NCBI GenBank assembly: GCA_944389895.1
Contig: CALXOA010000062.1
Location: forward strand, 7,073-71,072
Length of the DNA stretch: 64,000 nucleotides
Reading direction: 5' to 3'
From: an uncultured Victivallis sp.
GTDB taxonomy: Bacteria; Verrucomicrobiota; Lentisphaeria; Victivallales; Victivallaceae
Shown in pieces: positions 29,712 through 39,477 of this stretch. Under the pieces are notes generated by a model. That model was not told the DNA's origin. It searched no databases and saw only the letters and a list, made by a program, of their open reading frames with translations. The stretch's first letter is position 1; each line of letters begins with the position of its first letter. The translations under genes and the position numbers were made by a program.

Positions 29712-31508
29712 TCACCGGTCGACATTGAGTGCGGAACGTCCCCATAACCGCATTCTCTGGGCCGGGTTGGTGAATCTTACGGGAGTATTTCCGGCGGTTA
29801 TCACGATTCCGATTCTGTCGCCGGCGGAGAGGTAACCGGGCATGACATGAGCCGGAACGCCTCTGGAAACTTTTCCGATCGGAACGGCAAATTCGATGAC
29901 GGCGGTTGCATCGGCTGTCCCGGCTTGACTGATGGAAAGTCGGCCGGAGCTGAACTGGTCGGCGGTGACGATTGTCCCGCTGGGAATGCCTTCTCCGGAG
30001 AGGCGTGTTCCGGGAACGATTCCGCGGTAATAAAAATTCCCCTGTCTGTTTGCGTGGTGTTCTTCCGTCCCCGGGGCGGCTGTGATTACTTTTTCTCCTT
30101 TTCGGAGGATACAGGGGATCGAGGTGAGGCGGATGATCTCGCCGGTGGCTTCCGGAGAGTCCCAGTCCATCAGGTATTCCAGGCGGGTATCGATCAGTCC
30201 CTCCGGAGGGACTGTGATCCAGCCTTCCTTGTACAGGCCGGCGAAACGATGGTGCAGATAGTCCTGGCTGTTACCGTCGTGGGAGAACCTTACGGCCGCG
30301 CTTCCCTGAGCCGGAATAGTCTGAGGAGTATTCCCGCTCAGCAGGGCGATCGTCGCATCTTGAAAGTTGTACTTCCCGCCGATGATTCTGCTCAACAGCG
30401 ACTCTGCGCCGCCACCCATGCAGCCGAATACCGTGGTGTCGCCGACAATGATCCGAAATTCCGGAGATTCCGAAGCGTCGACGAGCAATGGACTCGGGCC
30501 GTGGTTCTTCACATCGCGTCTGTAGAAGTAGGAGCCGAGGTTGATCAGGCCGGTACAGTTTTTTCCCACCTGGAACATCGGATCCTTCACGGACGTGAAA
30601 CCGCAGAAGCCGTTGGTGTTTCCGTTGATGTGCAGCTCCCCGGCGGAGTTGTCCTCCCACTTCACGCCCCTTTTCCACTCCAGTGTGGAGGAATCGATCC
30701 GCACCGTTGTTGAATAAGCCTTTTCATCTGCGAAGATCACTGCCCAGCCGCCGGCTTCTCCGAAATCGTTCAAGCCGGTCTGCATGAAGTTGCAACCGGT
30801 GAAACGGGCGGTCCCGCAATTCATTTTGACGATGAAATTCTGGTCCATGTCGACTTTGCCGCGTTTCGGAAATGCCGTGTTGATATGGCATGCGTTGAAA
30901 ATGGCGTCGACGAAACGGCCGCCCTGATTGTCCATGATCATCTGACATTGGGCCAGCCAGCAGTTTGCGAAGAAAAATTCCGAAATCTTGGCGAACTGCG
31001 GCACATTGTCGGAGGGAATCCCGACCACCAGTGCCTTGATGTTCTGCCGGAATACGCAGTTGATGAAGAAGATCTTGTCGATGCTGCAACTACCGTTCCG
31101 GGTGTGGATCCGCACCAATGTCGAATAGGTGTCGTCAAATTCCCCCAACCCCTGAAATTCAAGGCCGCTGAAAGTGGCGTCCTGTCCGGAGATGTCTACG
31201 AGAAACTCCCTCTTCTCTCCCGGAAGTCCGACGATTTTCGCTCTGTTGCCGCGATATTGAAACATCGGATCGTTGTCGGCGTCTCCCCAGTAGAACTTCA
31301 ACTGGGTGACCCGGTAGGTCCCCGGGGGGAAATAGACGCTGCCTCCCTGATCAATCGCCGTTTGAATTGCCGTGGTGTCATCGGTCACACCGTCGCCGCG
31401 CGCTCCGAAATCCATGACGTTGACTTCCTTGTATCTGGGGGTCGCGTGGATATTGATGTTGATCAGGCTCAGAATTGCCGCCAGAAGCGATAACCGTTTT
31501 GCATTCAC
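29712..31508 (-). CDS. Secreted right-handed beta-helix protein (pectate-lyase superfamily / polysaccharide depolymerase-like)
   Basis: Signal peptide, then VMDFGARGDGVTDDTTAIQTAIDQGGSVYFPPGTYRV, the classic N-terminus of the pectate_lyase_3 / tailspike-like fold. GTG start at 31508. Confidence 0.65.
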   Translation of the reverse strand: MNAKRLSLLAAILSLININIHATPRYKEVNVMDFGARGDGVTDDTTAIQTAIDQGGSVYFPPGTYRVTQLKFYWGDADNDPMFQYRGNRAKIVGLPGEKREFLVDISGQDATFSGLEFQGLGEFDDTYSTLVRIHTRNGSCSIDKIFFINCVFRQNIKALVVGIPSDNVPQFAKISEFFFANCWLAQCQMIMDNQGGRFVDAIFNACHINTAFPKRGKVDMDQNFIVKMNCGTARFTGCNFMQTGLNDFGEAGGWAVIFADEKAYSTTVRIDSSTLEWKRGVKWEDNSAGELHINGNTNGFCGFTSVKDPMFQVGKNCTGLINLGSYFYRRDVKNHGPSPLLVDASESPEFRIIVGDTTVFGCMGGGAESLLSRIIGGKYNFQDATIALLSGNTPQTIPAQGSAAVRFSHDGNSQDYLHHRFAGLYKEGWITVPPEGLIDTRLEYLMDWDSPEATGEIIRLTSIPCILRKGEKVITAAPGTEEHHANRQGNFYYRGIVPGTRLSGEGIPSGTIVTADQFSSGRLSISQAGTADATAVIEFAVPIGKVSRGVPAHVMPGYLSAGDRIGIVITAGNTPVRFTNPAQRMRLWGRSALNVDR

Positions 31509-31592
31509 GATAAGGATCCTTTATTTTGGAATTTTACCTGTGGAAACTGATAGGAGATTGCCGGCTCCGGAGAGATTTCAACATTCCGGAAG

Positions 31593-32252
31593 CTATTCGA
31601 AAAGATCGCGGAAATAACCCGGATCAAATTCATCCCGAGGAATGAAATCCCTGGTCACGTGGCCGTCGAAGCAGAGCATGTTTGAACGGTTCCGGTGTCT
31701 TCCGATGACTCTGTCGAGGGCGTACCCCCACCAGAAAAACCATTGTCCGTAAGTACTGGGATCCCCTTCCATCAGATAATACCGAACCGATGGATTCGTG
31801 ATCCGCGACATCGGCAGCGGATTGGTGTAAATGGTTTCGACGTCGATCAGGGCAAACGTCCCCATGTAGGAGACGCGCCAGTCGGTGAGCACCCACGGGC
31901 ATTCCGCCTTGTGCCTGGGGCAAAGCAGATTTTCGTTGACTTCCGGTCCGAAGGTGTGGAGAGGGGTCCATGGGCCGAGATAGGGGATCATCAGGTCCGC
32001 CCTGGTCGTGTTGTCCTGGCTGCCGGCCGGTCGCCGGATTCCCCAGCGGGCCTGTACGATCGGAAAAAACTTCCCATCATCTCCGTAGTACATGGCTGAG
32101 CTTGTCCCAATCTGTTTCAAATGGTTCATGCAGGTCGTCGCATAAGCTGATTCGCGGGCCTGGTTCAGGGCCGGCAGCAGGATTGCCGCCAGGATGGCGA
32201 TGATCGCTACGACGATTAAAAGTTCAATCAGTGTGAAATGTTTCAAGCTCAT
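31593..32252 (-). CDS. Prepilin-type N-terminal domain protein with H-X9-DG motif (DUF1559-like), copy P1
   Basis: [34 protein letters not shown]...C.NHLKQ at the N-terminus and [13 protein letters not shown] (H-X9-DG) near the C-terminus. Confidence 0.85.
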   Translation of the reverse strand: MSLKHFTLIELLIVVAIIAILAAILLPALNQARESAYATTCMNHLKQIGTSSAMYYGDDGKFFPIVQARWGIRRPAGSQDNTTRADLMIPYLGPWTPLHTFGPEVNENLLCPRHKAECPWVLTDWRVSYMGTFALIDVETIYTNPLPMSRITNPSVRYYLMEGDPSTYGQWFFWWGYALDRVIGRHRNRSNMLCFDGHVTRDFIPRDEFDPGYFRDLFE

Positions 32253-32658
32253 TGTTGTACCCCTTCTGCAAAGAGATTTGGAATTGATGACACCCTGATG
32301 GTGATTGCCGGGCCGACGGTGTTGTTTTCATCCTCCTTCATTTCTTCCATGGTTTTGGTTTCACGACGGAATCTTCGGCAATTGGCCGTCTGCCGGATCC
32401 GGCGTCCTCCCGTGCAATACCGGAGAGGGGTTGCTGTCTGGAAAGATCTCATCGCTTCAACCTTGGTTTGCCCCCGGGAAGAACGCGGACGGCATTCTTC
32501 ATGAAGCGTATTCCAAGCCGTCCCGGGAGGCCGTCCGCCGTCCGTCGCAGGGCGGCAGCCGCCGGAATGAAAGTTCTTTCGTCATCCCGCTGCGCCGGGC
32601 ACTGTATTTCTCCTTCCGGTGGATTTCCGGAGCCTCTTTCTCCGGATAACTCCGTATT

Positions 32659-33759
32659 TCAGATTTCGGCGGAGGCCGCGCTCTCCCGACTGCGGGAGCT
32701 CAAATCCAGAACGGAATTTCTCTCGATGATCGTCGGCCGGTGATAGTAGTTCTTCTGAGCCATCTTTTCCGGATCGCTGACCATGTCCAGAGCCACCTTG
32801 ATCTGATCCACACAGTCGAGACTCTCTGCGGTGATCGGCGGGAAGTAGGTTTCAGTGATTTTTTCTCCCCCGATGGACAGGATCCCGAGATCTTCCGGAA
32901 TGCGCACTCCATGCCGGTGACAGGCGTTGATTGCTCCCTGCAGCGAACCGCCGCAGACTCCGATCAAGGCGCTGATCTTCAACCCGTTTTTTATGACCTC
33001 GTCGAATTTATGGCACGCTTTGAGAGCGCCTTCCTCACCGCGTTTGACATCGCAGTCGATGATCTGAAGTTCGAGTCCGTGCAGGTCACAGTAGTCCCGG
33101 ACGCCTTTCACTCGTTCCATGATGATGCAGTCGTGCGGTTCCGAGACAAGCACGCCGATTCTGTGATGTCCGCGTCGGAAGAGATAGTTTGCCGCCATGT
33201 GGCCGGCGAAAAGATCATCGGTCCCGACGGACGGCATATCGAACATGTCCAGATGCCATCCCCAGACGATCAGCGGAATCTCGTACTCCAGCAACGTTTT
33301 GACCTCGTTCAAACTGAAGTTTCCAGAACTCGGCAGAACGATCAATCCCACGACATTTTCTTCGGTGATCGGGAGCTCCCGGGGCACGATCAGCGACGGG
33401 TCGTATTCCTGCAGCAGCAGACGGTGCGCCGGGTATCGGTGCCGCAGGTCGTCCATTGCCTGTGCCAGCTCCACGATATCCGAAGAAACACAATGCGGAA
33501 CCGCGATCATCAGGGTCGGCTCATGGGTGATGTTCAGTTTTGCAACCCTGTCGGTGACGAAGACGCCTTTCCCCGGAATCTGCTGCAGATATCCCTCTTC
33601 ACGAAGCTGGCTGCAGGCCATGTATACCGTCATCTGTCCCACACTGTAGCGCTTCATCAATTCCCGCACCGAAGGGAATTTCTGACCCGCGGGAATGGAA
33701 GAGAGTTCCTCCAGCAAACAGTGATACAATTCTTCATATTTCAGTTTTGCGGCGGTCAT
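32659..33759 (-). CDS. GntR-family regulator of the AraR type (GntR wHTH plus LacI/PBP1-like sugar-binding domain)
   Basis: N-terminus ..KFPSVRELMKRYSVGQMTVYMACSQLREEGYLQQIPGKGVFV (GntR HTH), then a roughly 270-aa periplasmic-binding-protein type I fold. Confidence 0.75.
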   Translation of the reverse strand: MTAAKLKYEELYHCLLEELSSIPAGQKFPSVRELMKRYSVGQMTVYMACSQLREEGYLQQIPGKGVFVTDRVAKLNITHEPTLMIAVPHCVSSDIVELAQAMDDLRHRYPAHRLLLQEYDPSLIVPRELPITEENVVGLIVLPSSGNFSLNEVKTLLEYEIPLIVWGWHLDMFDMPSVGTDDLFAGHMAANYLFRRGHHRIGVLVSEPHDCIIMERVKGVRDYCDLHGLELQIIDCDVKRGEEGALKACHKFDEVIKNGLKISALIGVCGGSLQGAINACHRHGVRIPEDLGILSIGGEKITETYFPPITAESLDCVDQIKVALDMVSDPEKMAQKNYYHRPTIIERNSVLDLSSRSRESAASAEI

Positions 33760-33794
33760 GGGCTTCCTCTGTCGTTTTTAGTGTATCTAGCTAT

Positions 33795-33823
33795 ATTATA
33801 CTGTAAAATACATAAAATGTCAA
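33795..33823 (-). promoter_or_regulatory. Consensus sigma70 promoter for the AraR-type regulator gene
   Basis: On the minus strand: TTGACA (33823-33818), 17-nt spacer, TATAAT (33800-33795). It lies 36 nt upstream of the ATG at 33759. Confidence 0.6.
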
Positions 33824-33984
33824 TACCTTTTTCCTTTTTTTTTAATACATGATGCCGGATCCGGGCATGGGGCCCCGGAAATCCGGGGTATTCCCTCCGC
33901 GTCGGGATGGCGGGGGATCCGAGCGATACGGGGATCAGCAGGGTGTTTTTTCGATAAACATTCCGGTAAAGTATCGGATCTGGC

Positions 33985-34013
33985 TTGTTTTCAAGTCGAA
34001 AGAGTGCTATAAT
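33985..34013 (+). promoter_or_regulatory. Sigma70-type promoter for the 1394-aa GH2 gene
   Basis: TTGTTT (33985-33990), 17-nt spacer, TATAAT (34008-34013), 57 nt upstream of the ATG at 34070. Confidence 0.55.
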
Positions 34014-34069
34014 TAGCTTGATATAAGATTCACATATGTTTGGCAGATCAATCAGGAGTGAAGTTGCAG

Positions 34070-37000
34070 ATGAGCGGAATCTGGTCGAGAGTGCGCATGG
34101 GGGCGTGCCTGGGAGTGCTCACTATGGCGCCGATGGTCGCCGTGACGGCGGCAGAGAAGGGAAAAACGGTTGAAGAGAGTCAGCAGGAGATTGCACCATG
34201 GTATCCGGCTCCGGAGCCGCTGCGGCCGATGAATACCGCAATTCCCGCCGCTGAAGTCAGGGCGGTTCTTGCCGACGGGATCACGGTGGAGCCGGGAAAA
34301 TTCAATTCGACGCGATTGTTGAACGGTACCTGGCGTTGTTCCGGTCTGGTCCGGTCGGCGGATCCCTTCGACAACGGAATCGATCTTGACAAGGGGTATT
34401 CTGCCGCGGATTTCGACGATGGCGCCTGGGATCAGATCGAGGTGCCGCGCAACTGGTACCTGAAGTATCCCTATCGGACGATTCACAATCCGCGTGAACC
34501 CTTCGTCAAAGGATGGTATCGCCGGACGTTTGACCTGACTGCCGATGAGCTTCGCGACCGGGCGGTCATATTACATTTCAACGCCCTCGGTTACGAAGGC
34601 AGGCTCTGGATCAACGGAGAGGAGGCGGGAAGCCATCACGGGGATTTCGTCCCGTGGACGGTTGACATCACCAGATTCGTGAAGCCGGGGCGGAATACCA
34701 TCGCACTGCGGGTGTTTTCGGATTTCGGCGTCTCACAGACCCGGGGCGGCCTGAAGGCGGTGCGTTCCTACGGGGCGCAGTGGAGCGTCGAAAGCATCAA
34801 GGGCGGTTTATGGCAGGACGTCGAACTGCGTTTTGAACCGCTGATCCGGTTCAGCCGGATTCTGGTGAATCCCGAGCTCGCCTCGGGCGGAATCTCGGTC
34901 GACTATACGGTGGAAAACAGTACCGGGCGGAAGGTTGAGGCTGAACTGGGCGGTGTGGTCACGACTGCGCTCAGGGAGGGGGCAAATCAATTCAATGCCG
35001 CGGCGACCGTGTCGCGTGAACTGCCCCCCGGAACAACTTCCGGAACACTTGAAATCAAACTCGACCGGCCGGTACTGTGGTCTCCGGAACAGCCCTATCT
35101 TTACTTCCTTTCAATGTTCGTCCGTGACGGTGACAAGATTCTCTCCGCAAAGGCGGAGCGTTTCGGCTATCGTGAGTTCAAAGTCCGGGACGGCCATTTT
35201 CAACTCAACGGGAAACGGATTTTTCTGTTCGGCGAGAATATTCCCGCGAATGGTTACGGCGGCGGGGACAGCGACGAAAAATACCGGCCGATCCTCCACG
35301 CCTGGCTCGCCAACGCGCGGGCTCGCGGAATCAATATCGTCCGGAACGCCCATATGCCGATTCTGCGCCAGGCGCTCGAAGTCGCCGATGAGATCGGTTT
35401 GATGTTCTACGACGAGTGGAGCTGGAGCTTCACCAACGCGATTGAGGAAAAAGAGTTCGAAAAGCGCAATCTCGCGGAGTTCTCCCGCTGGATCGAGCGT
35501 GATTACAACCATCCGTCTGTGGTGATGTGGTCGTGCGGCAATGAGGTGATCTATCGCGACAAGCCGGAGGTGCAGCGCCAGCTTGACAAGCAGGTGGAAC
35601 TGGCGCGGCGACTTGACCGGTCCGGCCGTCCCGCCGGCTCGTTTTCCGGCTGTGCGATGTGGGACATGTATGGTACCGGAAAGCTGGTTACCGATTTCAT
35701 AGACCTCCACTTCTATCTTGGTAACGGTGTCGCGCCGTGGACACACTGGAACCGGCGGTTCGATGAATATTATGCCGGTTCGCTTCAACATTACCAGGCA
35801 ACCGGTGCGAGACTGCCTTTCCCGTACATCATCTGGGAGTGCATCGGGTTCTCGTGGGGAGGCAAGACCGATCCCACCTTCCGAGCCAACGATCCGCGCG
35901 CCTACGCCAACTATGCGCGCAGCAAGACCGACTGGGCGCAGCCGAATGGAATCGGTTATTCCGGCACCATCGGACTTGCCCGGGCTCTTTCCCCGGATGG
36001 ATTGACTTACGCCAAGAATCATTATGGCCACCGATTGCTTGAACTGATGCGTCAGGATGTCCGGATCGATGGTTTCGCCCCGTGGTTCCATGGCGCGAAG
36101 CTGGCGGGAGCCGCGCTCTGGAATCAGCCGGTTCTGCCGGGGTTGCGCGGCGCGGCCGGTTTCCCCCCGTCGAATCTTTTCTCGAAGCGGCCGGTGAAGC
36201 TGGAACTCTTCGTCGTCAATTCAACTGATCGGGCGCTTGTTGACGCAACCGCCGAGGTGACTGTGATGACCGGGCCATGGACGGAGCGCCGGATCGGGCG
36301 TTATCCGCTGGGGGGGATCGGATCATGGGAGCGACCTGTCAGGGAAATTGAATTTGAGCTGCCTTCTTCGATCCGCGGTGTTGCCCAGTTCCGGATTACG
36401 CTGTCGGCAGAGGGAAAGACCGTCGGGCGTAATTTCTATGACATTTTTGTACAGGATCCGGCTGTTTTGAATACTCCCCTTGCCGGAGCATCCCCGGTGG
36501 CGCTGCTCGACGGGGGCGACGAAACCGACATCGAGACGACCGCGGCGATCCTGAAGGCGCTGGCGATTCCGTATGAAAAAGTCGGGGACGCCGAGGCGCT
36601 GGCGAAGTTCAGAAATGCGGTGGTCCCGGCCTCGCTGCACAATACCGGAGCATTGGAGTTCGATCGCGATGCGTTGTATGGCTGGGTACAGGCGGGGGGA
36701 AATCTGCTGATCCTCGAACAGACGCCCGGCAGCGGTTCAATCCTTCCCGATCTGAGCGTGACTGCCGATCCGAACACCTTTGTCGATCTGGTGATGCCGG
36801 CGCATCCGGTCTTTTCCGGCCTGACGCAGCGGAATTTCGATACCTGGGAAAACCCGGATCTGGGCAATGTGATCACCAATGTGATTTCTCCGTTCTCCGT
36901 CAATTCGCTTGCCGCGAAGGGGCCGGTGCTTGGCGGTCGCAAGGTTTCGACGGCGATTCTGGAGGCTGCAGTCGGGCAGGGGTATGTGTTCTGGAATCAG

Positions 37001-38251
37001 CTCGATGCAGTAAAACTCTGGGGGCGCGACAGCGCTGCGTCCACCTACCTTGGAAATCTGTTCCGGTATCTTTTCTGCGGAGGTGGGCGTCATGCCGGAG
37101 TTCTGCCGCTTGAGGCGAGCATGGCTGCCGGATTCCAGGTGGATCCGGAGCGGTTGTCGCCGATCGATCTGACCGCCCATGTCAACCGCAGTTTCACCGA
37201 TGAGACCGACGGCGACGGCAAGGGAGGGTGGACGGACCAGGGGATCAACGATTTCCGCAATATGCCGCTCGGCAGACAGCGTGCGGCGGGGGTGATGTTC
37301 GAAATCATCGATCCGGCGAAGAATAACGACAAGAGCTGCATCGTTCTGCGTGGATCGAACCGGACTTATTTTCCGGAGGCTGTCCGGGGAATCCGGGTCG
37401 GCGAGAAGTTGAGCCGGATCTTCTTTCTGCATACCTGCGCCTGGGTCGGCGGAGAAGCCGGCTGTTACCGGATGAATTATGCCGACGGTACCTTCTGCGA
37501 TCTTGTGCTGGTTGACGGCAAAAACATCGGTGACTGGTGGATGGTCACGTTTCTCTCCGATGCGCTGCCGGGAATCATGCGGCCGAATGCAACCCGTGAG
37601 GAGGTGGGCACCTATGTGACCTGCTGGGAGAATCCGCGGCCCGATCAGGAGATCGTTTCGATCGATTTTCTCGGTGCCGGAGTGGCCCGCAGGGGAGAGA
37701 TCGCCTATGTCGCCGCAGCCGCTCCGGTTCCGGTCCTGGTTGCCGCGACCGGTGAGCGTTACAATCCCGCTGCGATTGAGATCAGGCCGCCGTTCCGGGG
37801 AGAGTGTTCCGACGGGGAACAGCCGCCGAAGATCGAACTGGAAAAAACGACATTGCCCGACGGTTCCGGGGGCGAGGCGATCCGGGTGGAATTTCCCGCG
37901 GTCTCCGGGAAAGGTATGAGCTGGTTTTCCGCTTCATTCGATCCGTCGAAATACAGCAAGGAGGGATTTCGCTATCTGACGTTCTGGATCAAACCGGCCG
38001 GCCTCGGGGCGCTCGACATCTCCCTTCCGGGACGGGACCGTCAGGGGGCCATGAGCCGGAGCATTGAAATCGGTACGAAGGATCGTGACTGGACCAGGAT
38101 CCGGCTCAATCTCGGCTCGGATCTGAAGTGGAGCGGGAAGGCCGCCGATGCGCTTGCCGGAGAACTTCTCATCTGCAACGGGCAGGACAAGAAGGTGTTT
38201 TTCCCGCGGCCGGCCGTGAGTTTTCTGATCAGCGGCATTGTGCTGGAGTAG
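34070..38251 (+). CDS. Large secreted glycoside hydrolase family 2 protein with an extended C-terminal region
   Basis: Signal peptide, GH2 sugar-binding domain (W..I.VP.NW.., RAVILHFNALGYEGRLWINGEE), TIM-barrel motifs (NIVRNAHMP.., WSCGNEV) and about 800 extra C-terminal residues. ATG at 34070 follows AGGAG; the ORF-track start at 34040 is a TTG. Confidence 0.8.
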   Translation: MSGIWSRVRMGACLGVLTMAPMVAVTAAEKGKTVEESQQEIAPWYPAPEPLRPMNTAIPAAEVRAVLADGITVEPGKFNSTRLLNGTWRCSGLVRSADPFDNGIDLDKGYSAADFDDGAWDQIEVPRNWYLKYPYRTIHNPREPFVKGWYRRTFDLTADELRDRAVILHFNALGYEGRLWINGEEAGSHHGDFVPWTVDITRFVKPGRNTIALRVFSDFGVSQTRGGLKAVRSYGAQWSVESIKGGLWQDVELRFEPLIRFSRILVNPELASGGISVDYTVENSTGRKVEAELGGVVTTALREGANQFNAAATVSRELPPGTTSGTLEIKLDRPVLWSPEQPYLYFLSMFVRDGDKILSAKAERFGYREFKVRDGHFQLNGKRIFLFGENIPANGYGGGDSDEKYRPILHAWLANARARGINIVRNAHMPILRQALEVADEIGLMFYDEWSWSFTNAIEEKEFEKRNLAEFSRWIERDYNHPSVVMWSCGNEVIYRDKPEVQRQLDKQVELARRLDRSGRPAGSFSGCAMWDMYGTGKLVTDFIDLHFYLGNGVAPWTHWNRRFDEYYAGSLQHYQATGARLPFPYIIWECIGFSWGGKTDPTFRANDPRAYANYARSKTDWAQPNGIGYSGTIGLARALSPDGLTYAKNHYGHRLLELMRQDVRIDGFAPWFHGAKLAGAALWNQPVLPGLRGAAGFPPSNLFSKRPVKLELFVVNSTDRALVDATAEVTVMTGPWTERRIGRYPLGGIGSWERPVREIEFELPSSIRGVAQFRITLSAEGKTVGRNFYDIFVQDPAVLNTPLAGASPVALLDGGDETDIETTAAILKALAIPYEKVGDAEALAKFRNAVVPASLHNTGALEFDRDALYGWVQAGGNLLILEQTPGSGSILPDLSVTADPNTFVDLVMPAHPVFSGLTQRNFDTWENPDLGNVITNVISPFSVNSLAAKGPVLGGRKVSTAILEAAVGQGYVFWNQLDAVKLWGRDSAASTYLGNLFRYLFCGGGRHAGVLPLEASMAAGFQVDPERLSPIDLTAHVNRSFTDETDGDGKGGWTDQGINDFRNMPLGRQRAAGVMFEIIDPAKNNDKSCIVLRGSNRTYFPEAVRGIRVGEKLSRIFFLHTCAWVGGEAGCYRMNYADGTFCDLVLVDGKNIGDWWMVTFLSDALPGIMRPNATREEVGTYVTCWENPRPDQEIVSIDFLGAGVARRGEIAYVAAAAPVPVLVAATGERYNPAAIEIRPPFRGECSDGEQPPKIELEKTTLPDGSGGEAIRVEFPAVSGKGMSWFSASFDPSKYSKEGFRYLTFWIKPAGLGALDISLPGRDRQGAMSRSIEIGTKDRDWTRIRLNLGSDLKWSGKAADALAGELLICNGQDKKVFFPRPAVSFLISGIVLE

Positions 38252-38560
38252 TTATTCACGGAAGAGAAATTTAAAATTATCGAAAAAAAAGGGTTGATAT
38301 TTTCTCTATTCAGCCTATATTGAGTAACAGGGAAAAGGGAAATTGTCCGGATTTAATATGTAGTTCGGCAGTTTCTCTTTTTTTATTTTCCGGTTGTTCA
38401 GGGGCGTTTGGGAGCGTGAGATCAGCCGTTAAGCCATGTTAACTAGTCGTAAATTGTAGTTTTTTTTACACGAAATGAAAAAAAAATTTGATTTTTTTTG
38501 TTTTCAGGCATATTGTCTGCAGTATAGGTTTCTTTTCAGTCAGGAAAACTGGGCCGAATC

Positions 38561-39385
38561 ATGCCGGAGTTGCCGGAAGCGGAAAATATCGGACGGGCGT
38601 TGAACCGGGTTCTGACGGGGCGCCGGATCACCGCGGTTGAAGTATTTACTCCGGCGATGCGCGAACCGTTGCTGCCGCTTCTCGAGGCTGGGTTGCCGGG
38701 GCATTGTTTTACCGGCGTTCGGCGTCGCGGTCGTTATCTGGTGGCGGAGCTGGATGACAGACGGGGACTTCTGATGCATTTCGGCATGTCCGGAGTGGTG
38801 CGCGTCGAGGATCCGGCGATTCCGAAGCGGAAACATGAACATGTTTTCATCCATCTGGATGATGGGCGGGCATTCCGGTTCGAGTGCACGCGGCGATTCA
38901 GCATACTCAAGGTATGCCGGGTGCCTGAGCCCGGGGCGTGGCCGGAAGAGCTGGCCGCACTCGGGGTTGAACCGCTGACCGCGGCGTTTTCGGGCGAGAT
39001 GTTTTTCGCCGCTTCTCGGGGACGGCGCGGATGCGTGAAGAATTTGTTGATGGATAACCGGGTGGTTGTCGGGATCGGCAACATCTATGCGACGGAAACA
39101 CTCTTCGCCGCCGGAGTGGATCCGCGGCGTGAGGCGGAGACGTTGCTTCCGGAGGAATGCGGGAGGATCGTCCGCGAAGCGAGGCGGATACTGAGGCGGG
39201 CGATCGAGCTTGGCGGCAGTTCCATTTCGGATTTTCTGAATGTCGATGGAACGGAGGGTAAGTTCGCACAGGAGTTGCGGATCTACGGGCGTCGCGGAGA
39301 GCGGTGTCCGGTCTGCGGGAAAACGATCGAAATGGTGCGGCTGGGCGGCAGGAGTTCCTGTTACTGCCCGGGATGCCAGAGATAA
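38561..39385 (+). CDS. mutM: Formamidopyrimidine-DNA glycosylase
   Basis: Invariant N-terminus MPELPEAE, H2TH region and C-terminal zinc finger CPVCG...CYCPGCQ. Confidence 0.92.
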   Translation: MPELPEAENIGRALNRVLTGRRITAVEVFTPAMREPLLPLLEAGLPGHCFTGVRRRGRYLVAELDDRRGLLMHFGMSGVVRVEDPAIPKRKHEHVFIHLDDGRAFRFECTRRFSILKVCRVPEPGAWPEELAALGVEPLTAAFSGEMFFAASRGRRGCVKNLLMDNRVVVGIGNIYATETLFAAGVDPRREAETLLPEECGRIVREARRILRRAIELGGSSISDFLNVDGTEGKFAQELRIYGRRGERCPVCGKTIEMVRLGGRSSCYCPGCQR

Positions 39386-39477
39386 CGGGGCCGACCTTGT
39401 GGGGAATGGTGGTCCGGCCGGAGACGGGGCGCAAAACGAGGAAAGTAAAAGAGGTGTTTGATTTGAAAATCGGTGGG

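Noticed and set aside
32305-32649. A 114-aa plus-strand ORF, and other small ORFs, in the regulator-P1 spacer.
   Set aside because: It is on the wrong strand relative to both flanking genes and has no RBS. Its Arg/Ser/Pro-rich translation has no motifs.
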